A DNA stretch of 64,000 bases from Candidatus Binatia bacterium (GTDB lineage Bacteria; Acidobacteriota; Terriglobia; Acidiferrales; UBA7541), in assembly GCA_035517515.1 (NCBI GenBank), contig DATIYQ010000181.1, forward strand, positions 12,747 to 76,746, in the 5' to 3' direction. Both the position numbers and the translations under genes were made by a program. Of the stretch, positions 20,988 to 30,036 are shown piece after piece (within the stretch, counting starts at the first letter, position 1; each line of letters starts with the position of its first letter). The notes below the pieces were generated by a model. That model saw only the letters and a program-made list of their open reading frames with translations. It ran no database searches and was not told where the DNA came from.

Positions 20988-22256
20988 TCACTTTCCTGTT
21001 TTCGCGGCCGGTTCGGATTTGTCCTGCACGATGGCCCCGTCGCGCAGATCTCCGGAGATGGCCACCGCCACGCGGTCTCCCGGTTTCAGCCCTTCGGCCA
21101 CTTCAAAGCGCCGCCCGCGCCCGTCCTCCGTTTGTCCCGCGGGGCGGATTTGCCGCTCGCTCACGCGGTTTCCATTCACCAGGAAAACCTTGTAGACCCC
21201 GTAGCGGTAGTTCACTGCGCCTTCCGGCAGGAAAATGGTTTTGTCTTCCTTTTCGCTCGGAATGCTGGCTTGGACAAAAAAGCCGGGCTTGAGGCGCCCA
21301 CCGGGATTTTCCAGCAGCGCTTCGGCTTCAAAAGTGCGCGAATCCTGCGAAACGGTGGGATTGATGCGCGAGATGCGGCCACGAAACTTCTCGCCCGAAA
21401 ATGCCTCCACCTGCAGATCCACCGCGGCGCCTTCCGCCACCCAGCCCGCCCACCGTTCCGGCACGGCGAGGCGTGCGCGCAGCCGGTCCGTGCGCACGAT
21501 CACCATCACCGGGCTCTGCACCCGCAGAAACTCGCCTGGATGAACGCCGCGCGTCTTGATCGAGCCCGGAAAGGGCGCGCGGATGGTGGCATCGCCCAGT
21601 TTCTTCAACGCCAGCTTTTCGCTCGCCTCACTGGAAACCAGCAGCGCCTTCAGGCGGTCCACTTCCTGCAAGGCCACGTCGTAGGAGGCCTGGGTGCTCT
21701 GGAACCTGCTGGCGGCCTCATCAAGCTGTTGGGGCGAAATCAGGCTGTCCTTGTACATCTCTTTCGCGCGAGCGTACTTGTGCTCGGCATCGAACAGATC
21801 CGCTTCCGCGCGCTGCACGGTGGCCAGTTTCTTCGGGTCCGCGGGCGGGGGGTCGTTTGGGCCGATTCCCAATTGCGCGCGCACCTGGCTCACCAGCCCG
21901 CGCTGGCGGTCCAGTTCAAACTGCAGCTCTAATGGGTCCAGCACCACCAGCGGCTGGGCGTCTGCAACCGTGTCCCCTACGTCCGCGAGTACCTGCGTGA
22001 CGCGGCCTTCCACCTGCGCGCTCAGCGTACTTTCCTCAAGTGCGTAAAGGGAGCCGACCGCCTGCACCCGGCGCTGCGTGGTCTCCTCCGCCACCGTGTA
22101 CAGGCGCACGGGCACGGGATGTGCGGCGTCTCCCAGCACACTGCTGGGTTGGGATCGGGAGCATCCCGCCGGCAGTAGTGCCGCCCCCAGCGCGAGGAGG
22201 CAGGCGAAGCGACTGCCATTTCGCGAGCCACGTCTTTGGATTGTCGGCGTGCACAC
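20988..22256 (-). CDS. Efflux RND periplasmic adaptor (membrane fusion protein), lipoprotein
   Basis: Tracked ORF 20988..22403. The body is a typical MFP with a lipoyl/hairpin/beta-barrel organisation. The lipobox LLPAGC suggests the in-frame GTG at 22256 (V-CTPTIQRRGSRNGSRFACLLALGAALLPAGC) as the start. The longest ORF start at 22403 remains possible. Confidence 0.85.
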   Translation of the reverse strand: MCTPTIQRRGSRNGSRFACLLALGAALLPAGCSRSQPSSVLGDAAHPVPVRLYTVAEETTQRRVQAVGSLYALEESTLSAQVEGRVTQVLADVGDTVADAQPLVVLDPLELQFELDRQRGLVSQVRAQLGIGPNDPPPADPKKLATVQRAEADLFDAEHKYARAKEMYKDSLISPQQLDEAASRFQSTQASYDVALQEVDRLKALLVSSEASEKLALKKLGDATIRAPFPGSIKTRGVHPGEFLRVQSPVMVIVRTDRLRARLAVPERWAGWVAEGAAVDLQVEAFSGEKFRGRISRINPTVSQDSRTFEAEALLENPGGRLKPGFFVQASIPSEKEDKTIFLPEGAVNYRYGVYKVFLVNGNRVSERQIRPAGQTEDGRGRRFEVAEGLKPGDRVAVAISGDLRDGAIVQDKSEPAAKTGK

Positions 22257-22448
22257 GGTCAGGGCCCGCCCCTCTCGCAGGCAATTGGACTGACTTTGGC
22301 CCTCCGGCGTTTCATTCTCGCCTGTTCCGCAGTCAGTCAGGTTCTGGACCTGCATCATGCCTTGGGATCTCAAGCTGGTCTTTGCCCCGCGCGTCCTTCG
22401 CACAGCGGGAAATATTCTACACCCACCCAGGCTTGTGGTTTCCGGCAG

Positions 22449-23513
22449 CTAGTTGGCGGCGGCAGGTGATTCCAATAACAGCAGGTGAGTTTCCGTTGTG
22501 GAGTGCCCGCCGTAGCGGATGGGCGCGCCCCCGTTCACGTGCCGGATGGTCAGGTCCATCAGCTCTTCCCCAGACTGCGAGACGCTGACGGTGCGGCCGG
22601 TCTGCAGCGAGACGTGCACCAGGCTCTCACCGTGGCTGGTCCACATCCCCGCAGTGCGCATTCCGTCGCGGCGGAATTCCTCGGGCGTCGCGTTGCGGGC
22701 ATCTCCGTGCTGTTGCAGCGAAAATCGCATCAGCAGCACCGCGCACTGCTCTCCACCGGGATCGTCCATGCGGCAGGCTTCGTCCCGCAGGTACGTGGAA
22801 GTGGTATGCAGCGTGGTGCCCGTGAGCGGCGCTCCCGGCACTGGCTCGGTCTTTTCCCAGCTTTGTCCCGGCACACTCCCTGCGAGGGGAGTGGTGAGGC
22901 CCGCCCCGAGCTGCTGCAGCCAGTTGCGCGCTTCATCCAGCGCCCGCGCATCCTGCAGCACTTCCTGCAGGCCGGAGATGTACTGCACCTCGCCGCGGCT
23001 TCCCAGTTGGAACTCGATGGTGCGCCCCTGCAACCGCCGGTATTGAGCGAGGAGCAGGTTGGCCTCCGGGTCGTAAGTATCGCCGGTTACGGCCGGCGTC
23101 ACCCGCTCGTAAACCGCGCGCAGGCGCAGCGGGGCGCGTTCCGGGCCGGCCACCCGCGTCTGGCTGGCCGCCACCGGCGCCGTACTCGCCACCGGCGGCA
23201 GCACCTCCAGCCGCAGCGTGATCCCCACGGACATTCCCAAATCCCTGGCGCCTTGCGGATTGCTGAGAGCGCCCCCGGTGAGCCGGCTGGTTTGCGAGCG
23301 GAAGGAAATCTGGTAGCGCAAGGATTCCCCCGGCTGAAATTGCGGGGTGAACACCACCGGTGCGTGGGCTGCCGGCGCATTGGCGGCGGGAGGCGGCGGC
23401 GGAATCGGAGCCTGTGCAGCGGTCCCCGGCGCCCCCAGCCCGGCTGCGGCCAGGATCAGCAGTCCCAGAGCCGCCACGCTAGGAGTGCTCGCTGCCCGGT
23501 TCACCGGTTTCAT
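22449..23513 (-). CDS. Secreted hypothetical protein (unknown family)
   Basis: Tracked 354 aa ORF with a signal peptide (AALGLLILAAAGLGAPGTAAQA) and a proline-rich linker. The remainder looks beta-rich. It is co-directional with the MFP/RND genes, and I recognised no motif. Confidence 0.6.
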   Translation of the reverse strand: MKPVNRAASTPSVAALGLLILAAAGLGAPGTAAQAPIPPPPPAANAPAAHAPVVFTPQFQPGESLRYQISFRSQTSRLTGGALSNPQGARDLGMSVGITLRLEVLPPVASTAPVAASQTRVAGPERAPLRLRAVYERVTPAVTGDTYDPEANLLLAQYRRLQGRTIEFQLGSRGEVQYISGLQEVLQDARALDEARNWLQQLGAGLTTPLAGSVPGQSWEKTEPVPGAPLTGTTLHTTSTYLRDEACRMDDPGGEQCAVLLMRFSLQQHGDARNATPEEFRRDGMRTAGMWTSHGESLVHVSLQTGRTVSVSQSGEELMDLTIRHVNGGAPIRYGGHSTTETHLLLLESPAAAN

Positions 23514-23592
23514 CCATACACTGTTCGATTTCTCTGCTCACGGCCCGGGTTGCCCGGGAGCACCGCATTCTCCCGCTCCGTGGCGCGGAACT

Positions 23593-24762
23593 TCAAGCCG
23601 CGCCACGCCGCAATTCGTCCAGTGAATAGAACGTTCCGCGCCAGTAGATCCCCCGGCGCCACAAGGTGAGCAGCGTGGATCGCGCGAGCATGAAGCACAC
23701 CAGCAGCGCTCCCAGGGGATGCGTCAGTCCATACAAAGGAGAAACGCCGCTGCTTCGCGCCACGTTTGCATGCAGCGCCACAGCGCACCCGGTGGCCACA
23801 CCCGCCAGCACCCGCGCCCAGCCGCCGGCCATCACCAGCCCGGCAAACGGAAACACGGAGAGCAGCAGGCTGAGCGCCATGTGGCCCAGCGCTCTCTCCA
23901 GCCGGAAACCCGCCGCGGCAAAGAAATTCTTCTCCGTGCCGCGGATCATGTTGGCCACCCCCGAATGCCACCGCAGGCTTACCAGGTCGCCGGCCAGCCC
24001 CGTTCCGGAAGTGAATCCCCCCTGCTTCACCCGTTTGCCCAGCTTCATGTCGTCCACCACTTCCATGGCCAGGCCGCGGTGAGTGCCGACCGCTTCATAG
24101 ACGCTGCGGCGCAACAGTTGAAACGCGCCCACGCCGGCGTATGCGCTGGAATCCCGGTTCGGAACGCTCCATGCCCGGCTGAAAAGGAATCCGCCGAGCA
24201 TGAAATACGTCAACAGAGTTTTTTCACCGAACCCTCGCATGTCCATCCGGGGAAACAGGGTCAGGTGGTCCCAATCCCGCTCGAGCGCCAGGGAAACGGC
24301 CCGGCGCAGCGCCTCGGGATGAAATCGGACATCCGCGTCCGTAAACACCAGCCACTCGCCGCTGGAGTGCTGATAGGCCTGCTGCAGCCCGTGTGGTTTT
24401 CCCAGCCAGCCTGGCGGCAGCGTCTCCACCCGAACAGTGCGCAGGCGTTTGCACCTCTCAGAGAATTCGCGCAAAATCTGTGGAGTGCTGTCGCCGGAGC
24501 GGTCGTCCGCGGCCACCACTTCGTAGCCCGGATAGTCCTGCGCGAGCATCGATCCCAGGGCGGCGGGCATTTTTTCCGCTTCGTCCCTTGCCGAGAAGAT
24601 AATAGACACGCTCGGCAGCGCGGAATCGTCCAGGGGGGTCACGGCGGAAAGATGGGGTAAGCGCCGCATACCGCGGGAAGTGTGCACCGCGAGGATCAGC
24701 CAGGCCAGCGCCAGCGCGCCGCACAATAGCGTGAGCAGAATTGGCGCAGCTTCAAACGGCAT
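23593..24762 (-). CDS. Family 2 glycosyltransferase, polytopic membrane protein (paralogous in layout to 847..2112)
   Basis: Tracked 389 aa ORF with an N-terminal TM helix. GT2 motifs are SVSIIFSARDEAEKM, VVAADDRSGDST, LPPGWLGKPHG, FTDADV and SLRW. C-terminal TM helices follow. Confidence 0.8.
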   Translation of the reverse strand: MPFEAAPILLTLLCGALALAWLILAVHTSRGMRRLPHLSAVTPLDDSALPSVSIIFSARDEAEKMPAALGSMLAQDYPGYEVVAADDRSGDSTPQILREFSERCKRLRTVRVETLPPGWLGKPHGLQQAYQHSSGEWLVFTDADVRFHPEALRRAVSLALERDWDHLTLFPRMDMRGFGEKTLLTYFMLGGFLFSRAWSVPNRDSSAYAGVGAFQLLRRSVYEAVGTHRGLAMEVVDDMKLGKRVKQGGFTSGTGLAGDLVSLRWHSGVANMIRGTEKNFFAAAGFRLERALGHMALSLLLSVFPFAGLVMAGGWARVLAGVATGCAVALHANVARSSGVSPLYGLTHPLGALLVCFMLARSTLLTLWRRGIYWRGTFYSLDELRRGAA

Positions 24763-24866
24763 CCGGTCGGCTCGTCGGGATGCGCGGAGTACCTGGTTTC
24801 ATGGATCCGGGACCAGAATAGCACGGCGCGTGAGGGGAGATGTGTCACCCTCCGCATCATTCGAAC

Positions 24867-25814
24867 ATGTACCGTACAAAAGAGACGCGGCAGCGAACCC
24901 TGGCTCTGATCGGAGCCGGGCGTGTAGCCCGCGGGCTGGGCTCGCGGCTGCACGAAGCGGGCTGGGAGATCGGGGTCGTCGCTGCCCGGCGCCTTCCTTC
25001 CGCTCGGGCTGCGGTGCGCGCCATCCACGCGGGAACCGCCGCCGCCGGCCTAAACCGCAGTGTTCTGGCTGCGGGCGTCATCCTGATCGCCGTGCCGGAT
25101 GACGCCGTGGCCTCCGTGGCCGCGGAGCTGGAGCGCATCGGCGCGGAAGAGCTGCGCGGAAAAATTGTGGCCCACACCAGCGGCGCGCTGGCCGCCTCCG
25201 TGCTCGATCCCCTGGCGGCGCACGGCGCGCGCACCGGAGTGATGCATCCCATGCAGACTTTCGGAGCCCGCGACCGCCCGCAACTCTCCGGGGTGCTGTT
25301 TGGAATCCAGGGCCATCCGGAAGCGCTCCGCGTGATCCGGCAAATGGTGCGCAGCCTCGGCGGACAGTCCGCGCGGATTGATCCAGGGCGCAAGGCGCAA
25401 TATCACTGTGCGGGCACATTTGCCGCCTCCCATCTGCTCGCTTCCTTCGAGGCGGGAGTGCAACTCTTGTGCGACGCGGGGATGAAGCGCCGCGCCGCGG
25501 CCGGCGCCCTGCTGCAGCTCGCCCGCCAGGTGCTCCAGAATTACGAACTGTTGGGGGCTCATTCCGCCTGGACCGGCCCGCTCTCCCGCGGGGATTTTGC
25601 CACTATTGGGCTGCACCGCCGGGCCCTGGAGAATCATCCCGTGGAGGTGCGATTGGCCTATGACGCGATGACCCGGCTGGCCGCTCGCGTCCTCTCCCGC
25701 ACTCCGGAGGAATTGCTCTTGCGTTTGGAAGCCGTAATGCCCGCTGCAGAAGGGCCGCAAGCTACGTCTAATGGCCGCGTCCCCGCCGCAGCCGTAGCCC
25801 GGCCCTCCAAGTGA
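24867..25814 (+). CDS. Rossmann-fold NAD(P)-binding protein with DUF2520-like C-terminal domain
   Basis: Dinucleotide fold LALIGAGRVARGLG, then ILIAVPDDAV, HPMQTF and a helical C-terminal half. Start taken at ATG 24867; the tracked start is 24840. Confidence 0.65.
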   Translation: MYRTKETRQRTLALIGAGRVARGLGSRLHEAGWEIGVVAARRLPSARAAVRAIHAGTAAAGLNRSVLAAGVILIAVPDDAVASVAAELERIGAEELRGKIVAHTSGALAASVLDPLAAHGARTGVMHPMQTFGARDRPQLSGVLFGIQGHPEALRVIRQMVRSLGGQSARIDPGRKAQYHCAGTFAASHLLASFEAGVQLLCDAGMKRRAAAGALLQLARQVLQNYELLGAHSAWTGPLSRGDFATIGLHRRALENHPVEVRLAYDAMTRLAARVLSRTPEELLLRLEAVMPAAEGPQATSNGRVPAAAVARPSK

Positions 25815-25903
25815 GCGCAGCGGCGGCTCCAGCGGGTACAATACACGTCTTGTGGAATCTGGCGCGCCGCACGGACTCCCGGCCGCGAAGAGGAAAACTG
25901 ATC

Positions 25904-27229
25904 ATGCTCTCATTTCCCATCCACGCGCGGACGCTGGCCAACGGCCTGCGGGTGGTGATTTCTCCAGACCGCACCGCGCCGGTGGTGACCGTGGGCGTCT
26001 ATTACAACATCGGCTTCCGGCTGGAGCCCCGCGGGCGCAGCGGATTCGCCCACCTTTTCGAACACATGATGTTCCAGGGTTCGGAGCACGCGGGCAAAAT
26101 GGTGCACATCCGCCTGGTCAATTCCTCGGGCGGCGTGCTGAATGGCTCCACGCGCTACGACGTCACCAACTACTTCGAGTCGGTGCCCTCCAGCGCGCTC
26201 GAACGCATGCTGTGGCTGGAAGCGGATCGCATGCGCTCTCTCCGCGTGGACGATGAAAACCTGCGCAACCAGCGCGACGTGGTGAAAGAGGAAGTCCGCA
26301 TGAACGTTTTCAACCAGCCGTACGGCGGCTTCCCCTGGCTGGACCTTCCACCCATCGCCAATCGCAACTGGGCCAACGCCCACAATTTCTACGGCGATTT
26401 TCAGGATCTGGACGCCGCCACGCTCGATGACGTCCAAGCCTTCTTCCGCACCTACTACACACCGAATAATGCCGTGCTGCTGGTGCTGGGGGACGTGGAG
26501 CCCGGCGCCGGTTTCGATCTCGCCGAGAAGCAATTTGGCGCCATCCCGCGCGGCCCCGCGCCTCCGGCTGCGGATGTCAGCGAGCCGCCTCAAACGGAAG
26601 AGCGGCGCGGCACCGTGGAGGAGCGCCTGGGAACTCTGCCCGCCATGGCCATCGGCTACCACGCGCCCCCGCGCCGCTCCCCGGATTGGTATGCCCTGGC
26701 CCTGGCCGATTGCGCGTTGCATGGGGGCCGCGCGGGGCGCGTGCATCGTTCCCTGGTGCTGGAACGCCAGATGGCGCTGGAGACCGCCGGAGGAATCCAC
26801 TATCCGATGGGTGACCTCTTCGATTACAACGGCCCAATGCAGATGGTCACGCGCATCCTGCACAAGATGGATCATACGCCCGAGCAAGTGCTCTCCGCTT
26901 TCGACCAGGTGATCGCGGATCTTTGCGCCCGGCCCCTGCCCGCCGCGGAACTGGAAGAGTGCAAAGTGAAATTGCGCTCCGATTATTATTCCGCGCTCGA
27001 AGGCGGCATGGGAGGACACGTCCCGCGCTTTGGCCTGATGCACCTGCTGGCGTGTTTCACGCTCTTCGATGGCGACCCGAAACTGGTCAACACCATTCTC
27101 GATGAATTCCTGCGTGTCACGCCGGAGCAGGTGCATGCGGCGGCGTCCCGCGTGCTGCGTCCGCAGAACCGTGCCATCATTTTCCGCCTGCCGGCAACCA
27201 AGAGCGCGCCGCCGCAGGCCGCGGACTAG
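25904..27229 (+). CDS. M16 (pitrilysin) family zinc peptidase, catalytic-type subunit
   Basis: Inverted zinc motif HxxEH in FAHLFEHMMFQGS. ATG 25904 is preceded by GAGGAAAA. The tracked start at 25811 overlaps the upstream gene. Confidence 0.9.
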   Translation: MLSFPIHARTLANGLRVVISPDRTAPVVTVGVYYNIGFRLEPRGRSGFAHLFEHMMFQGSEHAGKMVHIRLVNSSGGVLNGSTRYDVTNYFESVPSSALERMLWLEADRMRSLRVDDENLRNQRDVVKEEVRMNVFNQPYGGFPWLDLPPIANRNWANAHNFYGDFQDLDAATLDDVQAFFRTYYTPNNAVLLVLGDVEPGAGFDLAEKQFGAIPRGPAPPAADVSEPPQTEERRGTVEERLGTLPAMAIGYHAPPRRSPDWYALALADCALHGGRAGRVHRSLVLERQMALETAGGIHYPMGDLFDYNGPMQMVTRILHKMDHTPEQVLSAFDQVIADLCARPLPAAELEECKVKLRSDYYSALEGGMGGHVPRFGLMHLLACFTLFDGDPKLVNTILDEFLRVTPEQVHAAASRVLRPQNRAIIFRLPATKSAPPQAAD

Positions 27230-27240
27230 AGGAGCCCAGG

Positions 27241-28623
27241 ATGGCCAGTGATGTCGTCGCGCCCATTTCTCCGCTGACCCCGCCGCTGACCGCCGAGCGC
27301 CCCGTTGTTTGGCCGGAGCGTGCCGCGGCTCAGCTCTCCTGCGGCATTGCCGTACACCTGGTGGAGCGCCATACCATCCCCAAATTCTCCATCCAACTCT
27401 TTATCCGCAGCGGCAAGGCCATGGCCGCCATCACCGATCCCGCCGTCGCGGAACTGACCAGCGCGCTGCTGCGCACCGGCACCGCCACGCGCTCGGAAAA
27501 CGCCGTGGACGACGAACTGCGCCGCATCGGCGCGGAACTTGGTGCGGGCGCCGGAGCGGACGCCAGTTGGATCGCCGCCACCGGCCTCTCGGAGTTTTCC
27601 CCGGAACTGCTGGCCATGGTTGCGGACCTGGCGCGCCATCCCGCTTTCCCCATCGGTCCCTTCGAGCGCGAGCGCGGCAACGCCGTGGAGGCGGTGCGCC
27701 TGGAGCGCACCTCGCCCGCGTTTCTGGCTTCCGAGCGGCTGCGCAAAGTCCTCTTCGGCGAACATCCCTACGCCATCGTGGCTCCCACGGAAGAACAAGT
27801 AGCCGCCACCTCCCGCGAGCAGATTGCCGAGTTCCACCAGATCCATTATTCGCCTGCCAACGCGCTGCTGCTGGCGGTGGGAGACTTTTCTGCCACGCAG
27901 TTCGTCGAGCAGCTCGAACGCGCCTTCAGCGGCTGGTCCGGCCCGCAGGTGGAACAGCCCGATGAAGTGCCCCTGCCCTCGCACTTCGGGCGTCACGTGT
28001 GGCTGGTTCACGTGCCCGGCGCCGTCCAAACACAGATCGCCGCGGCCAACCTGGCCATCACCCGCAACCATCCCGACTGGCTGCGGCTCACCCTGGCCAA
28101 CGCCATTTACGGCGGCGCCTTCCATTCCCGCCTGGTGGCCAACATCCGCGAGCAGAAGGGTTACACCTACAGCCCGCGCAGCGGACTGACCGCGCTGCGC
28201 CGCCACGGGTATTTCAGCGTGCACGCGGCGGTGCGGAACGAGGTGGTGGCCGCTACGCTCACGGAGATGTTCTACGAACTCGATCGCATTCGCGCCCTGC
28301 CGGTGCGCGACGACGAACTCTCCGACGCCCGCGCGTACCTGAGCGGCGTCTTTTCTTTGGGCATCGCCACGCTCGATGGGCTGGCCGGCCAGCTCGCCAC
28401 CGTGTATGTGAATGAGCTGCCTGAGGACTACCTGGAGACCTATCGCGACAAGATTCGCGCCGTCACCGCGGAAGAGGTGATCGCCGCGGCCCGGGCCTAT
28501 TTCGATTCCTCAAATTCACAAATTATTCTGGTCGGAGATGCCGGGCAGATTGGGGAGCAGGCGCGCCTCTTCGGCGATGTGCAGGTGTACGATGCCCAGG
28601 GGAAACTCCTCTCCGCGGACTGA
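27241..28623 (+). CDS. M16 family peptidase-like protein lacking the HxxEH motif (probable non-catalytic partner)
   Basis: Tracked 460 aa ORF, 12 nt after the first M16 gene. It has the same two-domain layout but no HxxEH. Confidence 0.85.
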   Translation: MASDVVAPISPLTPPLTAERPVVWPERAAAQLSCGIAVHLVERHTIPKFSIQLFIRSGKAMAAITDPAVAELTSALLRTGTATRSENAVDDELRRIGAELGAGAGADASWIAATGLSEFSPELLAMVADLARHPAFPIGPFERERGNAVEAVRLERTSPAFLASERLRKVLFGEHPYAIVAPTEEQVAATSREQIAEFHQIHYSPANALLLAVGDFSATQFVEQLERAFSGWSGPQVEQPDEVPLPSHFGRHVWLVHVPGAVQTQIAAANLAITRNHPDWLRLTLANAIYGGAFHSRLVANIREQKGYTYSPRSGLTALRRHGYFSVHAAVRNEVVAATLTEMFYELDRIRALPVRDDELSDARAYLSGVFSLGIATLDGLAGQLATVYVNELPEDYLETYRDKIRAVTAEEVIAAARAYFDSSNSQIILVGDAGQIGEQARLFGDVQVYDAQGKLLSAD

Positions 28624-29014
28624 CGCGTCGGATGCTGGCGCTGCTCACCCGCCGCGCAGAACACGCCTGGTCGCGGTGCTGGCCGCGGCCGCGGTCTACC
28701 TCGGACTGGCGTTCTGGCTGCGACCGGAAATGGCCGGGCCGCTCGCCGCTCCCCTCACCGATCTCCGTGATTCCGTGGTGGACCGGTTCCACAGACATCC
28801 CGACCATCCGATTGACTTGAACACCGCCACTGCGGCGGAACTTGAGCAACTTCCGGGCATCGGCCCGGCCACCGCGGCCCAGATCCTCCTCTTCCGCGAG
28901 CGGAGCGGTCCCTTCCACCGGCCGGAAGACCTGCTCGCTCTCCCGCGCTTCACCCGCCGGGCGCTCAACCGCATCCGTCCCTATATCGTTGTCCCTGTAG
29001 TCCCGCCGAAGTAG
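28592..29014 (+). CDS. ComEA-like helix-hairpin-helix DNA-binding protein
   Basis: One TM helix (LVAVLAAAAVYLGLAFWL), then HhH repeats (DLNTATAAELEQLPGIGPATAAQILLFRERSGPFHRPEDLLALPRFTRRAL). The start is uncertain: ATG 28577 or 28592 overlap the upstream gene, and GTG 28676 is also in frame. Confidence 0.7.
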   Translation: MPRGNSSPRTDASDAGAAHPPRRTRLVAVLAAAAVYLGLAFWLRPEMAGPLAAPLTDLRDSVVDRFHRHPDHPIDLNTATAAELEQLPGIGPATAAQILLFRERSGPFHRPEDLLALPRFTRRALNRIRPYIVVPVVPPK

Positions 29015-29138
29015 CACAGGCATTCTCGTCTGTGCTCTTCCGCATTGGCTTCAATCCCGCACACCGAGAGCAGCGCGTCCCGGCCAATTCGGAAGTCTCT
29101 GCCGCCTCGTGTACACTCTGGCTTCCAGCCGGAACCTC

Positions 29139-29861
29139 ATGCGCGTCGCCATCGTCTCCGACATTCACGGCAACCTGACGGCGTTTGATGCCGTGCTCGA
29201 AGACCTGAAACGTAATTCGCCGGATTTGATTCTGCACGGTGGAGATCTGGCCCAGGGGGGCGCCCGCCCCGCAGAAGTGGTGGACAAAATCCGTGCGCTC
29301 GGCTGGCCCGGGGTCTGCGGCAATACCGACGAGGTGCTCTGGGCGCCCGAAGCCTTGACCGCCTACGCCGCCAAAGCGCCGAAGCTGCAAGCGTTGTTCA
29401 ATACCATTGCGGAAATGATCCCGCCGGCGGTTGCCGCGCTCGGCCCGGAACGCATCGCATGGCTGAAATCTCTGCCGAAGGTCGAACGCCGCGGCTCGAT
29501 GGCACTCGTCCATGCCAGCCCCAACGACCTGTGGCGCTCACCGCTCGTGGAGTCTTCCGACGCAGAGTTGGCCGCAGCCTATGGCAGCCTCAACGCCTCC
29601 CTCGTGGTGTATGGCCACATTCACCGCCCGTTCATCCGCCAGCTTCCCGGCATGACCGTGGCCAACAGCGGCAGCGTCAGCATGCCCTACGACGGAGATA
29701 TCCGCGCTTCCTACCTGCTCGTGGACGACGGCCAACCCTCGATCCGCCGCGTGGAATACGAATTGGAGAGAGAAGTGGAAGCCCTGCAAAACTCCGGCTT
29801 GCCCCACGCGGATTGGGCGATTCGGATCCTCCGCGCCGGCCAGTATGTTCCAATTGCCTGA
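29139..29861 (+). CDS. Metallophosphoesterase (YfcE/MJ0936-like)
   Basis: MRVAIVSDIHGN, HGGDL, VHASP and VYGHIH motifs. ATG 29139 lies within tracked ORF 29109..29861. Confidence 0.85.
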   Translation: MRVAIVSDIHGNLTAFDAVLEDLKRNSPDLILHGGDLAQGGARPAEVVDKIRALGWPGVCGNTDEVLWAPEALTAYAAKAPKLQALFNTIAEMIPPAVAALGPERIAWLKSLPKVERRGSMALVHASPNDLWRSPLVESSDAELAAAYGSLNASLVVYGHIHRPFIRQLPGMTVANSGSVSMPYDGDIRASYLLVDDGQPSIRRVEYELEREVEALQNSGLPHADWAIRILRAGQYVPIA

Positions 29862-29878
29862 TCGCGGCGATGCCGTGC

Positions 29879-30022
29879 TCACCACTTGCGGGTCATGCCG
29901 CGCTCCACCAGAAACAGCGCCAGCGTGCCGAGCCCACAGATGCCCTCGATGCCCAGCACGGTCTTCGGAAATATGAAGGCGAGCACTGCGAGCAGCGCCA
30001 GGAGAACGAGATCACGAAGCAT
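29879..30022 (-). CDS. Possible 47-aa small membrane protein
   Basis: Below the ORF-track size cutoff and found by hand: MLRDLVLLALLAVLAFIFPKTVLGIEGICGLGTLALFLVERGMTRKW. It has two hydrophobic stretches and mostly G/C at third codon positions, and it starts 14 nt after the ribBA stop. No clear Shine-Dalgarno sequence. Confidence 0.35.
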   Translation of the reverse strand: MLRDLVLLALLAVLAFIFPKTVLGIEGICGLGTLALFLVERGMTRKW

Positions 30023-30036
30023 GGATCCAGCCGCGC

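Noticed and set aside
18356-21292. 978-aa + strand ORF
   Set aside because: It lies exactly antisense to the AcrB-like RND gene, which has unmistakable family motifs. Its product is R/H/G/Q/P-rich with no motifs. Long stop-free antisense frames are expected opposite GC3-rich genes.
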